This document shows, one piece after another, positions 1 through 13,160 of a stretch of 64,000 nt of DNA. Source of the DNA: Octopus sinensis (taxonomy: Eukaryota); NCBI RefSeq assembly GCF_006345805.1, contig NC_043021.1:21700001-21764000 (forward strand). Reading direction: 5' to 3'. The notes under the pieces are model-generated. The model ran no database searches, had not been told where the DNA came from, and saw only the letters and a program-made list of their open reading frames with translations. The first letter of the stretch is position 1; every line of letters begins with the position of its first letter. The translations under genes were made by a program, and so were the position numbers.

Positions 1-863
1 TAAAATTTAAATCGACATCTTTGTCTATATACCTTCCTTCTATATAATGTTATCAGCTGATATGAAAATTATGTATTAATGGAAAACCTCTATAATTGGC
101 TGATGATTGCTCAACATTTTAAAACTGTTGTAATACTTACAATATTTAATAAAATGATGTAGCGTGAAACTATCGTACCAAACTGCCGAAGTTATTCTTG
201 TTGCTCATTTTGATTATATATATATATATATATATACATAATTTGTTGACTGACGACCGATCCAACTTACAACCAATCGACTTTAAGATGGTTGGCATGT
301 CAGCTCCTGACAGCAATAATAAATAGTCCAGTTGAAATCTTAAGGGTTTAATTTCTTGGAAATTAACCCATCTATGGATGACGCCAGCTAACAAATGGCA
401 TTGCCAAGGCACTAGTCTACAATAAATTTTTGTGTAAGTTTTTCAACTGTTTCTTACACTACATTGCATATTTCTTGTATTTGCAGTCTTTGGTACTTTT
501 CTATGAACAAATACCACTGTTACTGTACAATACAGAATGGTGCGTGACTTTTACCTGAGAATGTACCTTAAGAATGTAAAAATATAAAACAAGGCTATGT
601 GGGCTTATAGGTCAATTTACGACCAGTCAGTCGGAACCAATTGCGGTCATAAATCGACAACGACCTGTATAGGTGTATATATATATATATATATATATAA
701 TAGTTATCGCCATACTAATATGGCATTCTTATAAAAATAAGAATAAAGCTGTCCGCTTATTAGCTCCATGAGGCCATCGCCTTAAGTTAGCTATTTGATA
801 CACAAACTGTATCCATATAACCTTCGACAAGGAGGTCAGTCGCTCCACACTACTTGACCGGCA

Positions 864-905
864 GCTACAGACACGTTTCGGGGTATTGCCCCTTTTCAAT
901 GCAGC
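864..905 (-). ncRNA. Minimal type-I hammerhead ribozyme, copy 1
   Basis: Minus strand: stem I GCUGCA / core UUGAAAA / stem II GGGG-caaua-CCCC / GAAAC-GU-GUC cleavage triplet / stem I' UGUAGC. Confidence 0.75.
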
Positions 906-1225
906 GTAGCCAGCCAGTAGGTGTCGCTTCCGACAATCTCTGTTCGATGGTTTTATTTACCTAGTTTCGGTGGAATACATCCACTTGTTTTCAATAATAG
1001 AAATATTAAAATTACTAGTCTTCTCTAAAAGAGAACAGCGGCAGCGTTCCCGGAAAATAATAGTTATCGCCATACTAATATGGCATTCTTATAAAAATAA
1101 GAATAAAGCTGTCCGCTTATTAGCTCCATGAGGCCATCGCCTTAAGTTAGCTATTTGATACACAAACTGTATCCATATAACCTTCGAACAAGGGAGGTCA
1201 GTCGCTCCACACTACTTGACCGGCA

Positions 1226-1267
1226 GCTACAGACGCGTTTCGGGGTATTGCCCCTTTTCAATGCAGC
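1226..1267 (-). ncRNA. Minimal type-I hammerhead ribozyme, copy 2 (best copy)
   Basis: GCUGCA UUGAAAA GGGG caaua CCCC GAAACGCGUC UGUAGC. Stem III is the palindrome ACGCGU and the cleavage triplet is GUC. Confidence 0.8.
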
Positions 1268-1586
1268 GTAGCCAGCCAGTAGGTGTCGCTTCCGACAATC
1301 TCTGTTCGAGGGTTTTTATTTACCTAGTTTGGTGGAATACATCCACTTGTTTTCAATAATAGAATATTAAAATTACTAAGTCTCTCTAAAAGAGAACAGC
1401 GGCAGCGTTCCCGGAAAATAATAGTTATCGCCATACTAATATAGCATTCTTATAAAAATAAGAATAAAGCTGTCCGCTTATTAGCTCCATGAGGCCATCG
1501 CCTTAAGTTAGCTATTTGATACACAAACTGTATCCATATAACCTTCGAACAAGGGAGCTCAGTCGCTCCACACTACTTGACCGGCA

Positions 1587-1628
1587 GCTACAGACGCTTT
1601 TCGGGGTAATGCCCCTTTTCAATGCAGC
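1587..1628 (-). ncRNA. Hammerhead ribozyme, copy 3 (stem III mutated)
   Basis: Same fold, but GAAAAGCGUC breaks the stem III palindrome. Confidence 0.6.
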
Positions 1629-1833
1629 GTAGCCAGCCTTGTTCGAAGGTCATATGGATACAGTTTGTGTATCAAATAGCTAACTTAAGGCGATGGCCTC
1701 ATGGAGCTAATAAGCGGACAGCTTTATTCTTATTTTTATAAGAATGCCATATTAGTATGCCGATAACTATTATTTTCCGGGAACGCTGCCGCTGTTCTCT
1801 TTTAGAGAGACTTAGTAATTTTAATATTTCTAT

Positions 1834-1857
<24 letters not shown>

Positions 1858-1864
<7 letters not shown>

Positions 1865-2373
1865 ACATTATATAATTAGGGTTCAGTAAAATAATTTACT
1901 TTACCACACACCGAACTTTTAGAAATAGCAACCACAAAATTTTAGCTATTTCCTCTACTATAAGAAAAGTCTCCCAGACAATGTATACTCAAAAACAATT
2001 CACGCAGGTATAGAATGAAAAAATAACGAAAGATCACACGTATATCGATTACTTGAGAACGCCATTTCTGGATTAGTTGGATATAGAGATCAACATTTCC
2101 ATCATCAGCCCAAGATTTCTTTAGGTTTGAATTTGAGAGCACTAAAAATCGAACATACCCGTCTGATATGAGTAATCCCAGACAAACCATCTTCGACCGC
2201 TAGTACTAACGAATTCAAAAAGTACAAATGAGGCTTTGCATTCTTCCCATTGTCTGGGAGATTTTTCTTATAGTAGAAGAAATAGCTAAGATTTTTTGGC
2301 TGCTATTTCTAAAAGTTCGGTGTGTGGTAAAGTAAATTATTTTATTGAACCCTAATTATATAACATAATGTTT
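1858..2373. mobile_element. MITE with ~125-bp terminal inverted repeats
   Basis: 1858-1983 (aaacattacattatataattagggttc...cccagacaatg) is the imperfect reverse complement of 2248-2373, around a non-coding core. A related partial end lies near 14790-14880. Confidence 0.75.
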
Positions 2374-2753
2374 CAAATATACCGTAAATGGTCTTTTTAC
2401 ATACTGAACACTACTTGGTAAAATTAATTAATAATTAATTGATTTTACCCTTTTATTATTGACTATATATATATATATATATATATAATTGATGAAAGAA
2501 ATAAAAGATAGATTTAGCACTAGTCGTTATTCAGTAGGACAATTGTTTTAATCAATCCATTTCCTTCATTGGTTATTATTATCTCATCTAACACTGCATA
2601 ATTCCTGACGTAGATGCAGATGAAATATACCCCAACCATGGATGACACCAGATAGCTCAAACTGCGAATGTGCTTTACTCAGCACACTAATTGATATATA
2701 TACATATTGGTCACAAAAATTACATATATATATATTTATATATATATATATAT

Positions 2754-2917
2754 AATTTACAAGATAAGGGCAAAAGAAAAATTCTAATGCCAAATATGAC
2801 GAAAAAAGACAAAAATTGTCAATAACCATTATAATTTATAATGGTTATTGACAACTTTTGTCTTTTTTTTGGCATATTTAGCATTAAAATTTTTCTTTTG
2901 ACCTTATCTTGTAAATT
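2754..2917. repeat. Foldback palindrome, ~81-bp arms, 1-nt centre
   Basis: aatttacaagataagg...ccattataa-t-ttataatgg...ccttatcttgtaaatt. Confidence 0.85.
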
Positions 2918-3005
2918 ATTTATAAATTTAACCTTTAAAGGTATTTTTTGATCTGCTGGCCATTGATAAAATTTTTTTCCCGAAAAAAATTGTATTCTAC
3001 ATTAG

Positions 3006-3048
<43 letters not shown>

Positions 3049-3049
<1 letters not shown>

Positions 3050-3158
3050 AGGCAAATTTGTTGTCGAAAATGCACCTAAATTTGAAAAACTTGTAATTGT
3101 TTAAAATATACTTAAGTTTTTTCAAATTTAGCTGCATTTTCTACAACAAATTTGCCTA
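3049..3158. repeat. Foldback / mini-MITE, ~44-bp arms
   Basis: taggcaaatttgttgtcgaaaatgc...aaactt versus aagttt...gcattttctacaacaaatttgccta. Confidence 0.8.
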
Positions 3159-3191
3159 TATTTTTTTCTTCTTTTGTTATATATATATATA

Positions 3192-3703
3192 CTAGCAGTA
3201 TCGCCCGGCGTTGCTCGGGTTTGTAAGGGAAATAACTATATAAGCATTTTTAGAGAGTTACTTCCCTTATAGATGCCAATTCGGGCTTTCTTAGCCATTT
3301 CTGTTTTGGTGTCTTCAAGCCATGAAGTCGTTGTTCTAAAAGAACGCTGGTCTCCTTGACAACGCTTTACGACGTTGATTTCCTTACACTCCCTTCCCCA
3401 CAGCTTCATGAGGGAGGGAAGAAGGGGGAGAAGCAAACAGGTGCAGGTGTGACCATGGACGCCAACTCCACCGCCATCGACACACGAAAAATTATGCATT
3501 AAAATGGAATAAAAAATGAGGTTTAATTATTTTAAAATCGTAGACTCATCGTAGACGCACGCTAATACTCAGCCGGGCTCGATATGAATCACAACTATAA
3601 GATACCCGAATTTGGTTAAACTGCACCGCAAAATGTGGGAGTAGTTAGGAATCTAAATCGAAGGGGACAGACACTCACACAACTACAGTTTTATATATAT
3701 AGA
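3192..3703 (-). mobile_element. Non-autonomous Helitron-type element (long variant)
   Basis: On the minus strand it reads A|TCTATATATATAAAA...cccgagcaacgccggg hairpin...CTAG|T with no TSD. Homologous to 30029-30428 and 58851-59251. Confidence 0.75.
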
Positions 3704-4081
3704 TATAGACATCAACAGAAATATAGTAACAAAAGGCTTAATGTCCTTGAATGCAGTGCAGTGCTCCAACATGACCATAGCCTAGTGACTAAATAAAGCC
3801 AATGAGGTGGGGGGAGGCTGCTATGTGATCAGTAGATCTTTTAGAAATAGCAGCCAAATCTTCTTCAAATTGTACCTTGCCATTTTTAAACATTTGATAA
3901 TGTAATTTGGAGAACAGTATATATTTCAAAAATAGTAAAAACAAAAGAAAAAATATGATGGGCATGGCTGGACTGCCTTTGGTCATAAGACTTCTTACTC
4001 TATCAAGATTGAATTGGTACTGGACAACAACTGAAACTATCCAATAACTGGAATGAATATAAGAAATTTTAAAAAAAAGTC

Positions 4082-4615
4082 ACTGGTGTGACTGTGGTAA
4101 GAAGCTGGGTTCTCATGGTTCCAGGTTCAGTCCCACTGCAGGGCACCTTGGGTAAGTGTCTTCTACTATAGCTTTTGGCCAACCAAAGCCTTGTGAGTGA
4201 ATTTAGCAGATGGAAACTGAAAGGAGACCATCGACTGCGTGTGTGTGTATGTGTGTGTGTGTGTATGTGTGTGTGTGTATGTGTGTGTGTGTATGTGTGT
4301 GTATGTGTGTGTGTATGTGTGTGTGTATGTGTGTGTGTGTGTGTTTGTGTCTGTGTGTGTGTGTGTGTATGTGTGTGTGTGTGTGTATGTGTGTGTGTGT
4401 GTGTGTGTTTGTGCCCCCACCATCCCTTGACAACCGCTGGTGGTGTTCTTACATCCTCCTAACTTAACAAGTTGGCAACAGAGGCCAATGCAATAAGTGC
4501 TAGGCTTAGGAAGACTAAGTCTTGGGGTTTATTTTATTTCCTCGACTAAAACCCTTTCAGGCGGTGCTCCAGCATGGCCGCAGTCAAACAACTGAAACAA
4601 GTAAAAGAATAAAAG
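4082..4615 (+). mobile_element. SINE family A (tRNA-like head), degenerate, with expanded (TG)n
   Basis: Matches the other family-A copies (ggttcagtcccactg B-box region; gctccagcatggccgcagtc 3' part). Confidence 0.8.
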
Positions 4616-4711
4616 ATTAGAATTGAAAAAGGTAAAAGATGAAGAGCCTGGGTTAGAGTGGATGATGCAAGTGTAAGGATTGAAGTCAACAAGCATGTGA
4701 ATGGAGGGAGC

Positions 4712-5066
4712 GTACAAAAGGAGGCCAGAAGAAACGCTACAAGGACTCCCTGAAAACGAACCTCAAAAAGTGTGACATCGACTTCACAAACTGGGAGGAA
4801 ACGGCAAAAAACAGACCACTCTGGAAAACCACCATCCATGAGGGAACGGCGACTTTCGAGTCGAAAAGGTCTGCAGAGCTGGAGGAGAAAAGACGATGAC
4901 GGAAGGAGCGCCAACAACAACCACGTGCGACTCTCCCTTCCGGCACTAGATGTCCGCACTGCGACCGATCTTTTCAAGTAAGAATTGGTCTTATCGGTCA
5001 CCTACGGACTCACCAGTAAATTTGCACGAAAACCATCATTCTTGACCTTGAGAGATTGCCATCGAT
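4712..5066 (+). mobile_element. 5'-truncated RTE-clade LINE 3' end with 14-bp TSD
   Basis: Translates as GGQKKRYKDSLKTNLKKCDIDFTNWEETAKNRPLWKTTIHEG...CPHCDRSFQVRIGLIGHLRTHQ* with one internal stop. TSD tgaatggagggagc at 4698-4711 and 5067-5080. Confidence 0.9.
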
Positions 5067-5699
5067 TGAATGGAGGGAGCACAGTTGAGGCAGACTGCAC
5101 ACGTAGCTAATTGCACAAACAATGTGGTACCAATAATTCCTCGGCAAAAACTGCAACTGACAGAGGTTAGTTGACGGAAGAGATATCCGACAACAAGGGA
5201 AGACGTTGGAAGGCATTGTAAAGGCAGGTGTAAAGGTATGTGTGTGAGCAAAAAAAAAACAAACAAAAGCAATTAATATAATATCTGCCTGCCTGCCTGC
5301 CTGCCTGCCTGCCGAAACCACAACGGCACTTCAAACAGAGAAACAATACGAACAAGAACAGAAGCAGTCGCAGCGTTAGCCAAGTGTATAAATTTGTGAG
5401 ACAGATACATTTGTGGCAGCCGTTTTTTTTTCTCTTTTCAAGCTGGGGGGGGGGAAGGGGATTTGATTGGTGTGACAGTAATTACAAATACAGTGGGAAA
5501 CCACACACGACAAGAATGGAAATGCTAAATGCGAACTAATTTAACCCTCTTGGGCCAAGATACCCAACAGTTCGTCTTTAATGAAGCAAACCTTCTGCTG
5601 TGTCGTAGTTTTTCCAAAATCACAATTTCCAATTAATAAAAACAAGTTTTCTGAACAAGACAGCTTATGTTGACATTAACCTTGAGCGCCTGGTTGGGT

Positions 5700-6930
<1,231 letters not shown>

Positions 6931-6956
6931 GTGTCTCCATGTATATTTGTCTGTAT

Positions 6957-7174
6957 TACTCTTTTACTTGTTTCAGTCATTTGACTGTGGCCATGCTGGA
7001 GCACCGCCTTTTTTTTTTTAGTCGGGCAAATCTACCCCAGGACTTATTCTTTGGAAGCCCAGTACTTATTCTATCGGTCTCTTTTGCCGAACTGCTAAGT
7101 TACGGGGACGTAAACACACCAGCATCAGTTGTCAAGCGATGTTGGGGGGGACAAACACAGACACACAAACACAC

Positions 7175-7221
<47 letters not shown>

Positions 7222-7387
7222 TACGACAGGCTTCTTTCAGTTTCCGTCTACCAAATTCACTCACAAGGCTTTGGTCGGCCCGAGGCTATAGTAGAAGACA
7301 CTTGCCCAAGGTGCCATGCAGTGGGACTGAACCCAGGACCATGTGGTTGGTAAGCAAGCTACTCACCACACAGCCACTCCTACGCCT
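6957..7387 (-). mobile_element. SINE family A, full length
   Basis: Reverse complement of ggcgtaggagtggctgtgtggt...gaaacaagtaaaagag. Confidence 0.9.
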
Positions 7388-7546
7388 ATATGTATGTTTG
7401 TCCATCTGTCTGTGAATGCCATGTTCTTGCATATATGTGTGCATCGACACATGCATGCCTCTGTATGTGTGTTTGTGTGTGCATGCATGTACATTTATGT
7501 CCTTGTATGTATACGTATGTTTGTACACCTGCCTGTGAATGTCGTG

Positions 7547-7589
<43 letters not shown>

Positions 7590-8189
7590 ATGAGCAAAAA
7601 TATCAGAACCAACCATGCCTTACAGCGAATACTAAACTAAAAAAACCCGACTACAGGTGCTCCAAATGAGCCAAACCATGCAAACATTCAGCCACAAAAA
7701 ACCAAGAAGGGACAAAACAAAACAAAACAAGATTATAAAACAAAAGCAGAGGAGGTCACAACTGGTGTTGTTGTGCACTCCTCGTTCCTTCTGGCAACAT
7801 CACAACAGAGCAGCTAACTTGTTAGATGAAATTTAATTTATTGAAGTTCTCGAGTTAGATGGATGAGGTTATATATATATAAATGCCAGAGGGAGAAAAG
7901 TGGATATTTGAAGTATCCACACTGGTCCTACATCTGATTAGTGAGTTCTGAGATAAGTTCATTTAGCATATGGAGAACAAGATACTGCTTTTTTTTTGTT
8001 TTGTTTTTTTTTTATCTAGTTTCAGTTCACGAGCTGTGGCCATGCTGGGGCACCTTAAGATTGTTTGTTTTTTTTTTTGCTAACAGAGAAATTTTCTCTC
8101 TAAGAGCTTAATCCCATAACTTGTGAGCTTATCCAAACACAATTCTTCTTATGACATGGCTGCTCAGATATAGAGTTTGCTATGTAACC

Positions 8190-8420
8190 AGGTCATCATC
8201 ATTGTTCGACCGTGGTCGAGACAATGGAATTTACTATGTTACGCCAGACTTCACGGTCCATCATGGCATTATGGAGGTCCTGTTGCTGGATGCCTGTATC
8301 CCTGGAGGTTACATCAGGGTAGGAGAGTGTGCGCCCTCTGGTATTGCGAGCAGATGGCCTCCAGAGGAGAAGAGTAGAAATTACCTCGTTTTCAGCTCTA
8401 CAATAATGTCCAGCAAACTT
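8190..8420 (-). mobile_element. LINE ORF2 C-terminal fragment (RTE/RTE-X-like)
   Basis: KFAGHYCRAENEVISTLLLWRPSARNTRGRTLSYPDVTSRDTG...AMMDREVWRNIV...EQ*, followed by a (TGA)n tail. Confidence 0.75.
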
Positions 8421-8917
8421 TTGCCGAACCGCTAAGTAATGGGGACATAAACACACCAGCATCGGTTGTCAAGCAATGCTAGAGGGACAAACACAGACAC
8501 ACAAACACACACACACATATATATATATATATACATATATACGACGGGCTTCTTTTCAGTTTCCGTCTACCAAATCCACTCAGAAGGCAGGACTTATTCT
8601 TTGTAAGCCCAGTACGTATTCTATTGGATCTCTTTTGCCGAACCGCTAAGTTACAGGGATGTAAACACACCAGCATCGGTTGTCAAGCAATGCTAGGGGG
8701 ACAAACACAGACACACAAACACACACACACATACATATATATACATACATATATACGACAGGCTTCTTTCAGTTTCCATCTACCAAATCCACTCACAAGG
8801 CATTGGTCGGCCCAGGGCTATAGCAAAAGACGCTTGCCCAACATGCCACGCAGTGGGACTGAAACCGGAACCATGTGGTTGGTAAGCAAGCTACTTACCA
8901 CACAGCCACTCCTGTGC
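8412..8917 (-). mobile_element. Two fused partial SINE family A copies
   Basis: The central segment occurs twice, with one head at ~8915. Confidence 0.85.
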
Positions 8918-9046
8918 CTATCATTTTTTTTTTCATTATTATTATTAATCTATCCTCAAGGATGTTGCTGCTTAACTCCAGACTGGTCATGATGGAGCAG
9001 ACCTATGAAAGCAAGTATGCTCCAAATTCAAGTTAATTTCAACATA

Positions 9047-9559
9047 CCATAAATCCTCGAGTATAGTCTGCTCTTGAGTATAATACACAGGGGATTTTTA
9101 GGGGGCTGTACCTCTGAGAAACCTAAACCTTGTGTATAATACGCAGCCCTTCTCTAACTTGAGTCAAGGAGGTCTATATAACGTCCTTGGTTTGTAAAAA
9201 TGTATACGGTAACGTCCTTTATTATTATTGTATATATAATATAATGCAAATGTGTAGCTTTTTTGTGCATTTTGTTTGCAGAAAATAAAGAAATAACAGC
9301 AATAGCGTTTAATAAATGTTGCTTACTGCAAGTTATGGATGATTTTTTTATGACTTCATTGCTTTCAGGCTTAGCTTAAGGTATTTTTGCGCCCGACATC
9401 ACAAAATGCGTCTGGATAAACATTGTTGGACAGCAAATAGAGACTCAGACATTGCTTAGAAAATATTTTTCATTTTTAACCTTGTATATAGTACGCAGTA
9501 GGGATTTTGACCCTTAAATTTTGGGGAAAAAATGCGGATTATACATGAGGAATCTACGG
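9047..9559. mobile_element. Tc1/mariner-type non-autonomous element
   Basis: Imperfect TIRs ccataaatcctcgagtata / tatacatgaggaatctacgg, with TA dinucleotides at both flanks. Confidence 0.65.
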
Positions 9560-10818
9560 TATATCACATGACAAACAATTGTTATTTTTCTCACTGAAGA
9601 AACACACACACACACACACATTATACAGGGGGTTGGGGCAAAAGTAGGAATACGACTGTTTAATATGAGTGGAATGTTTGTCATTGATCTATATCCCCGA
9701 CCATATAAAAGATATTAGTTAAAAAGAACAGTGGAAACAGAATTCTTATCCTAAAACAGAAACAGAGAAATGAAAAGAACATTCTGTCCATATCAAGAAA
9801 CTGTATACCGATTCCAAAAGAAACCAATAGAATAAGTATCAGGCTTGAAATATAATAAAATAAGTACTGGGGGGCAATTTGTTTGACTAAAATCCATCAA
9901 GACAGTGTTCCAGCATGGTTGCAGTCCGATGACTGAAACCAGCAAAAGACGAAGGATAAAAATGTGTATCGCATGCAGGGAGATGGTCATAAATTTTTTC
10001 CCACTGATACAAAGAACTGTATTATCGAATGTCTATAAACCTCAAAACAGAAAAATATTATTAACATAATTTTGGCATGTATCTTATGGGGTGGAGGTAG
10101 AAGCATTCTTAAAATTTTTCTTCTTTCCCTTTTACTTCGGGGGGGTTTTTTGGGGGATTTTTTTTTGCATTGACAGAGAAAAGCATGCTACATAATAAAT
10201 TTATTGCGTGCGTGTATAAACAAAGTAATATTTACATAAATCTAGCTGCGTTTATCACGTAGTTTATATTTATATATACAAAATAGAGCTGCAGCAGGTT
10301 CAAAATACAAACAAATAAAGTAGAATTTTATTGCATTGTATGAGGTAATTCACTGTTTTAAAGATACATGTTATTGATTCAGAGCCCACACCCTCTTCCA
10401 TTGCCTTCCCTACCATGCACTGAAAGCCACTTCTACATCAGAGTCCTGTTTACAAAATCCATATCTGTATGCATTCAGTTTCAAAGAGAAGTTGGTGATA
10501 ATTCTCTGATGATGAATCTCAATTTCCATTTTTGCACTGTTGTTGTTGTTGTTCTTCTTCTACATCATCATCATCAACATCAACATCATCATCATTTAAC
10601 ACGTGGGTTTCCAGCTGGCATGATTTGAATGGCTTGACAGGATCCAATGGACCCAAGGACTACACAGTATGCTAATCACTATTTGACATGATTTCTATGG
10701 CTGAATGCCCTTTATAACGCCAACCACTTTATGGTGTGTATTGGGGGTTTTGTTCATACGACCAGTACATATCTACTAAGGTCCAAGGATGAACATCTGA
10801 TTAGACATTACAATAGAC

Positions 10819-11736
10819 CAGTGATTCCCCAACACTTTTTTTACCTCTGGACCCCTTTAATTCTTACTCTTTTACTCTTTTACTTGTTTCAGTCATTTGA
10901 CTGCAGCCATGCTGGAGCACCGCCTTTAGTCAAACAAATCGACCCCAAGAGTTATTCTTTGTAAGTAAGCCCAGTACTTATTCTATCGATCTCTTTTTGC
11001 CAAACTGCTAAGTTACGAGGATGCAAACACACTAGCATCGGTTGTCAAGTGATGTTGGGGGGACAAACACAGACACAGAAACACACACACACACATATAT
11101 ATTCATATACATATATACGACGGGCTTCTTTCAGTTTCCGTCTACCAAATCCACTCACAAGGTTTTGGTCAGCCCGAGGCTATACTCTTTACTCTCTTTT
11201 ATTTGTTTCAGTCAGTTGACTGCGGCCATGCTGGAGCGCCGCCTTTAGTCGAGCAAATCTACCCCAGGAATTATTCTTTGTAAGTAAGCTTAGTACTTAT
11301 ACGATGGGCTTCTTTCAGTTTCCATCTACCAAATCCACTCACAAGGCTTTGGTCAGCCCAAGGCTTTAGTAGAAGACACTTGCCCAAGGTGCCACGCAGT
11401 GGGACTGAACCCAGAACAATGTGGCTGGTAAGCAAGCTACTTACCACACAGCCACTCCTGCGTCTATAGTTTCCCAAGAAAAATGATGGTGGGAGACATG
11501 TTAGATAATGTAGTCTAGGTTACTGGGATACATTATTTTACTTATAACCATCAAATAACTCATAACCATCCAATGTTTAAAAAATCCTATTTTATTTTTA
11601 TAATTAAATATTATTAAAAATTGTATTTTAAAAACCTGTAAAAATATTATATGAAACATAGAAGTATAACCAAATTATTGAACATAAATTTTAACAACAA
11701 AATCTTAAATGGACCCCTAAGTGCTGAGAAATACTG
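10819..11736. mobile_element. Possible hAT-type MITE interrupted by SINE A copies
   Basis: Ends are cagtgattccccaac / gctgagaaatactg. The flanking 8-mers caatagac and cacaagac match at 6 of 8 positions. Confidence 0.4.
10866..11465 (-). mobile_element. Composite of fused SINE family A copies
   Basis: Two 3' tails (actcttttacttgtttcagtc-like) and one head. Confidence 0.85.
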
Positions 11737-12639
11737 CACAAGACTAAACTCTATAGGAAATCCTCTACATCAGGGGCACTCAGCCAGTGGGTTGAAGACC
11801 AGTACCAGGCTGGCATAGGAGGAATAAATTTTAAAATTTTATAACTGTTTTATTATCTGCAGGGTGTTTTCACCTTATATATGTATTATATGTGTGTGGC
11901 TGAGTGGTAAGAAGTTTGCTTCAGAATCACATGGTTCCAGGTTCAGTCCCATTGTATGGTATCTTGGACAAGCTTCTTCTGCTAAAGCTCTGGGCTGACC
12001 AAAGCCTTGTGAATGGATTTGGTAGACAGAAACTGAAAGAGGCCCATTGTGTTTTGGGTGTATGCATGCATGCATGCATGTGTGTGTGTGTGGGGGGGTC
12101 TTTGTGTTTTTTCTCCATCACTGCTTGGTAACTAGTGTTGGTTTGTTTATGTCCCCATAACTTATAAATTCTACAAAAACATAAATGCTGATAAAATAAA
12201 GTACCAGACTTAAAAGGAAATAAGCACTGGGGTCAATTTATTTTTACTAAAACCCTTCAAGGTAGTGCCCCAGCATGGCCACAGTCTAATGAGTGACACA
12301 AGTAAAAGATAAAGAGATATGTAATAATTAAAATATATATTATGCAATTTATTGTTTTCTTTCGTATGAAATCTCCCAATTTGTACAAAAATTGTCCTGC
12401 ATGAAACAGGTCTATTGTACAAAACAAGGTTGGGGACTACAGCTCTACATGATCCCTTGATCTGCTAGAAATAGCAGCTAATTTACTTCAAATCATGCCC
12501 TAATGTCCTGAAAGAAATGGGATGTGTAGTTAGTCCGATATACAACAGCTATGTCTGAATAAAAGGCAGACAGAAGTTGGTTGGTCATGGTTGGAAAACT
12601 TTTGAGCATAAGTGTGCTGGATCAGGAACTAAAGAACAA

Positions 12640-13160
12640 CAACTCAAAAGACGAATTAGACTTGATCAGAACCTAGATGAAAAACAAAAACTAAAAAAAC
12701 AAATCTAATTAAAATATTAAACTGCATCAGTCTAAATGAGAATATAATGGATTTTGTAATGACTAAATTAGAATGATCTAAATTTGATTACATTAAATGG
12801 ACTAGATTTGACATAATTACAGGCTAATTTACATTCTGAGATTAAATGAAAATAAATTAAAGACTAAATTAGATTAGACTAATTTTGACTGCAATAAACG
12901 AGGCTAAATTGCACACAGTTAACGAGTAAATTAGACTAATGTGATTTAGACTGCATTCACAAATTCAAATGATATACAGTTAACTAAATTAGATTAGACA
13001 AATTTAGACTGCAATCTGGCTAATTACATGCAAAAAAAAAAAAAATAATAAATTAGATCTAGACAAATTTAGACATTCATTAAGTAAGGCTAAATTAGAT
13101 ATTGTTAAGATCTAAAGTGCATCCTGATTAATTTAAATTACATGAATTGTGTCTAAATTA
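12640..13160. repeat. Degenerate AT-rich short-period minisatellite (taaattagattagac-like words)
   Basis: The words aattaga, ttagact and gactaaatt recur throughout. Confidence 0.6.

Larger units (their letters stand above)
698..1836 (-). mobile_element. Retrozyme/Penelope-like tandem element: ~2.6 direct copies of a ~361-bp unit plus an inverted partial copy, inserted in (TA)n
   Basis: Unit aatagttatcgccatactaat...gttcccggaaaat recurs at ~699, ~1059 and ~1419. 1637-1836 is the reverse complement of 1356-1554. There is one HHR per unit and (TA)n lies on both sides. No RT ORF. Confidence 0.8.

Noticed and set aside
5090-5245. Unique segment ending in a good donor (aag|gtatgt)
   Set aside because: No adequate acceptor and no recognisable peptide; it does not match SRRM2 N-terminal motifs.
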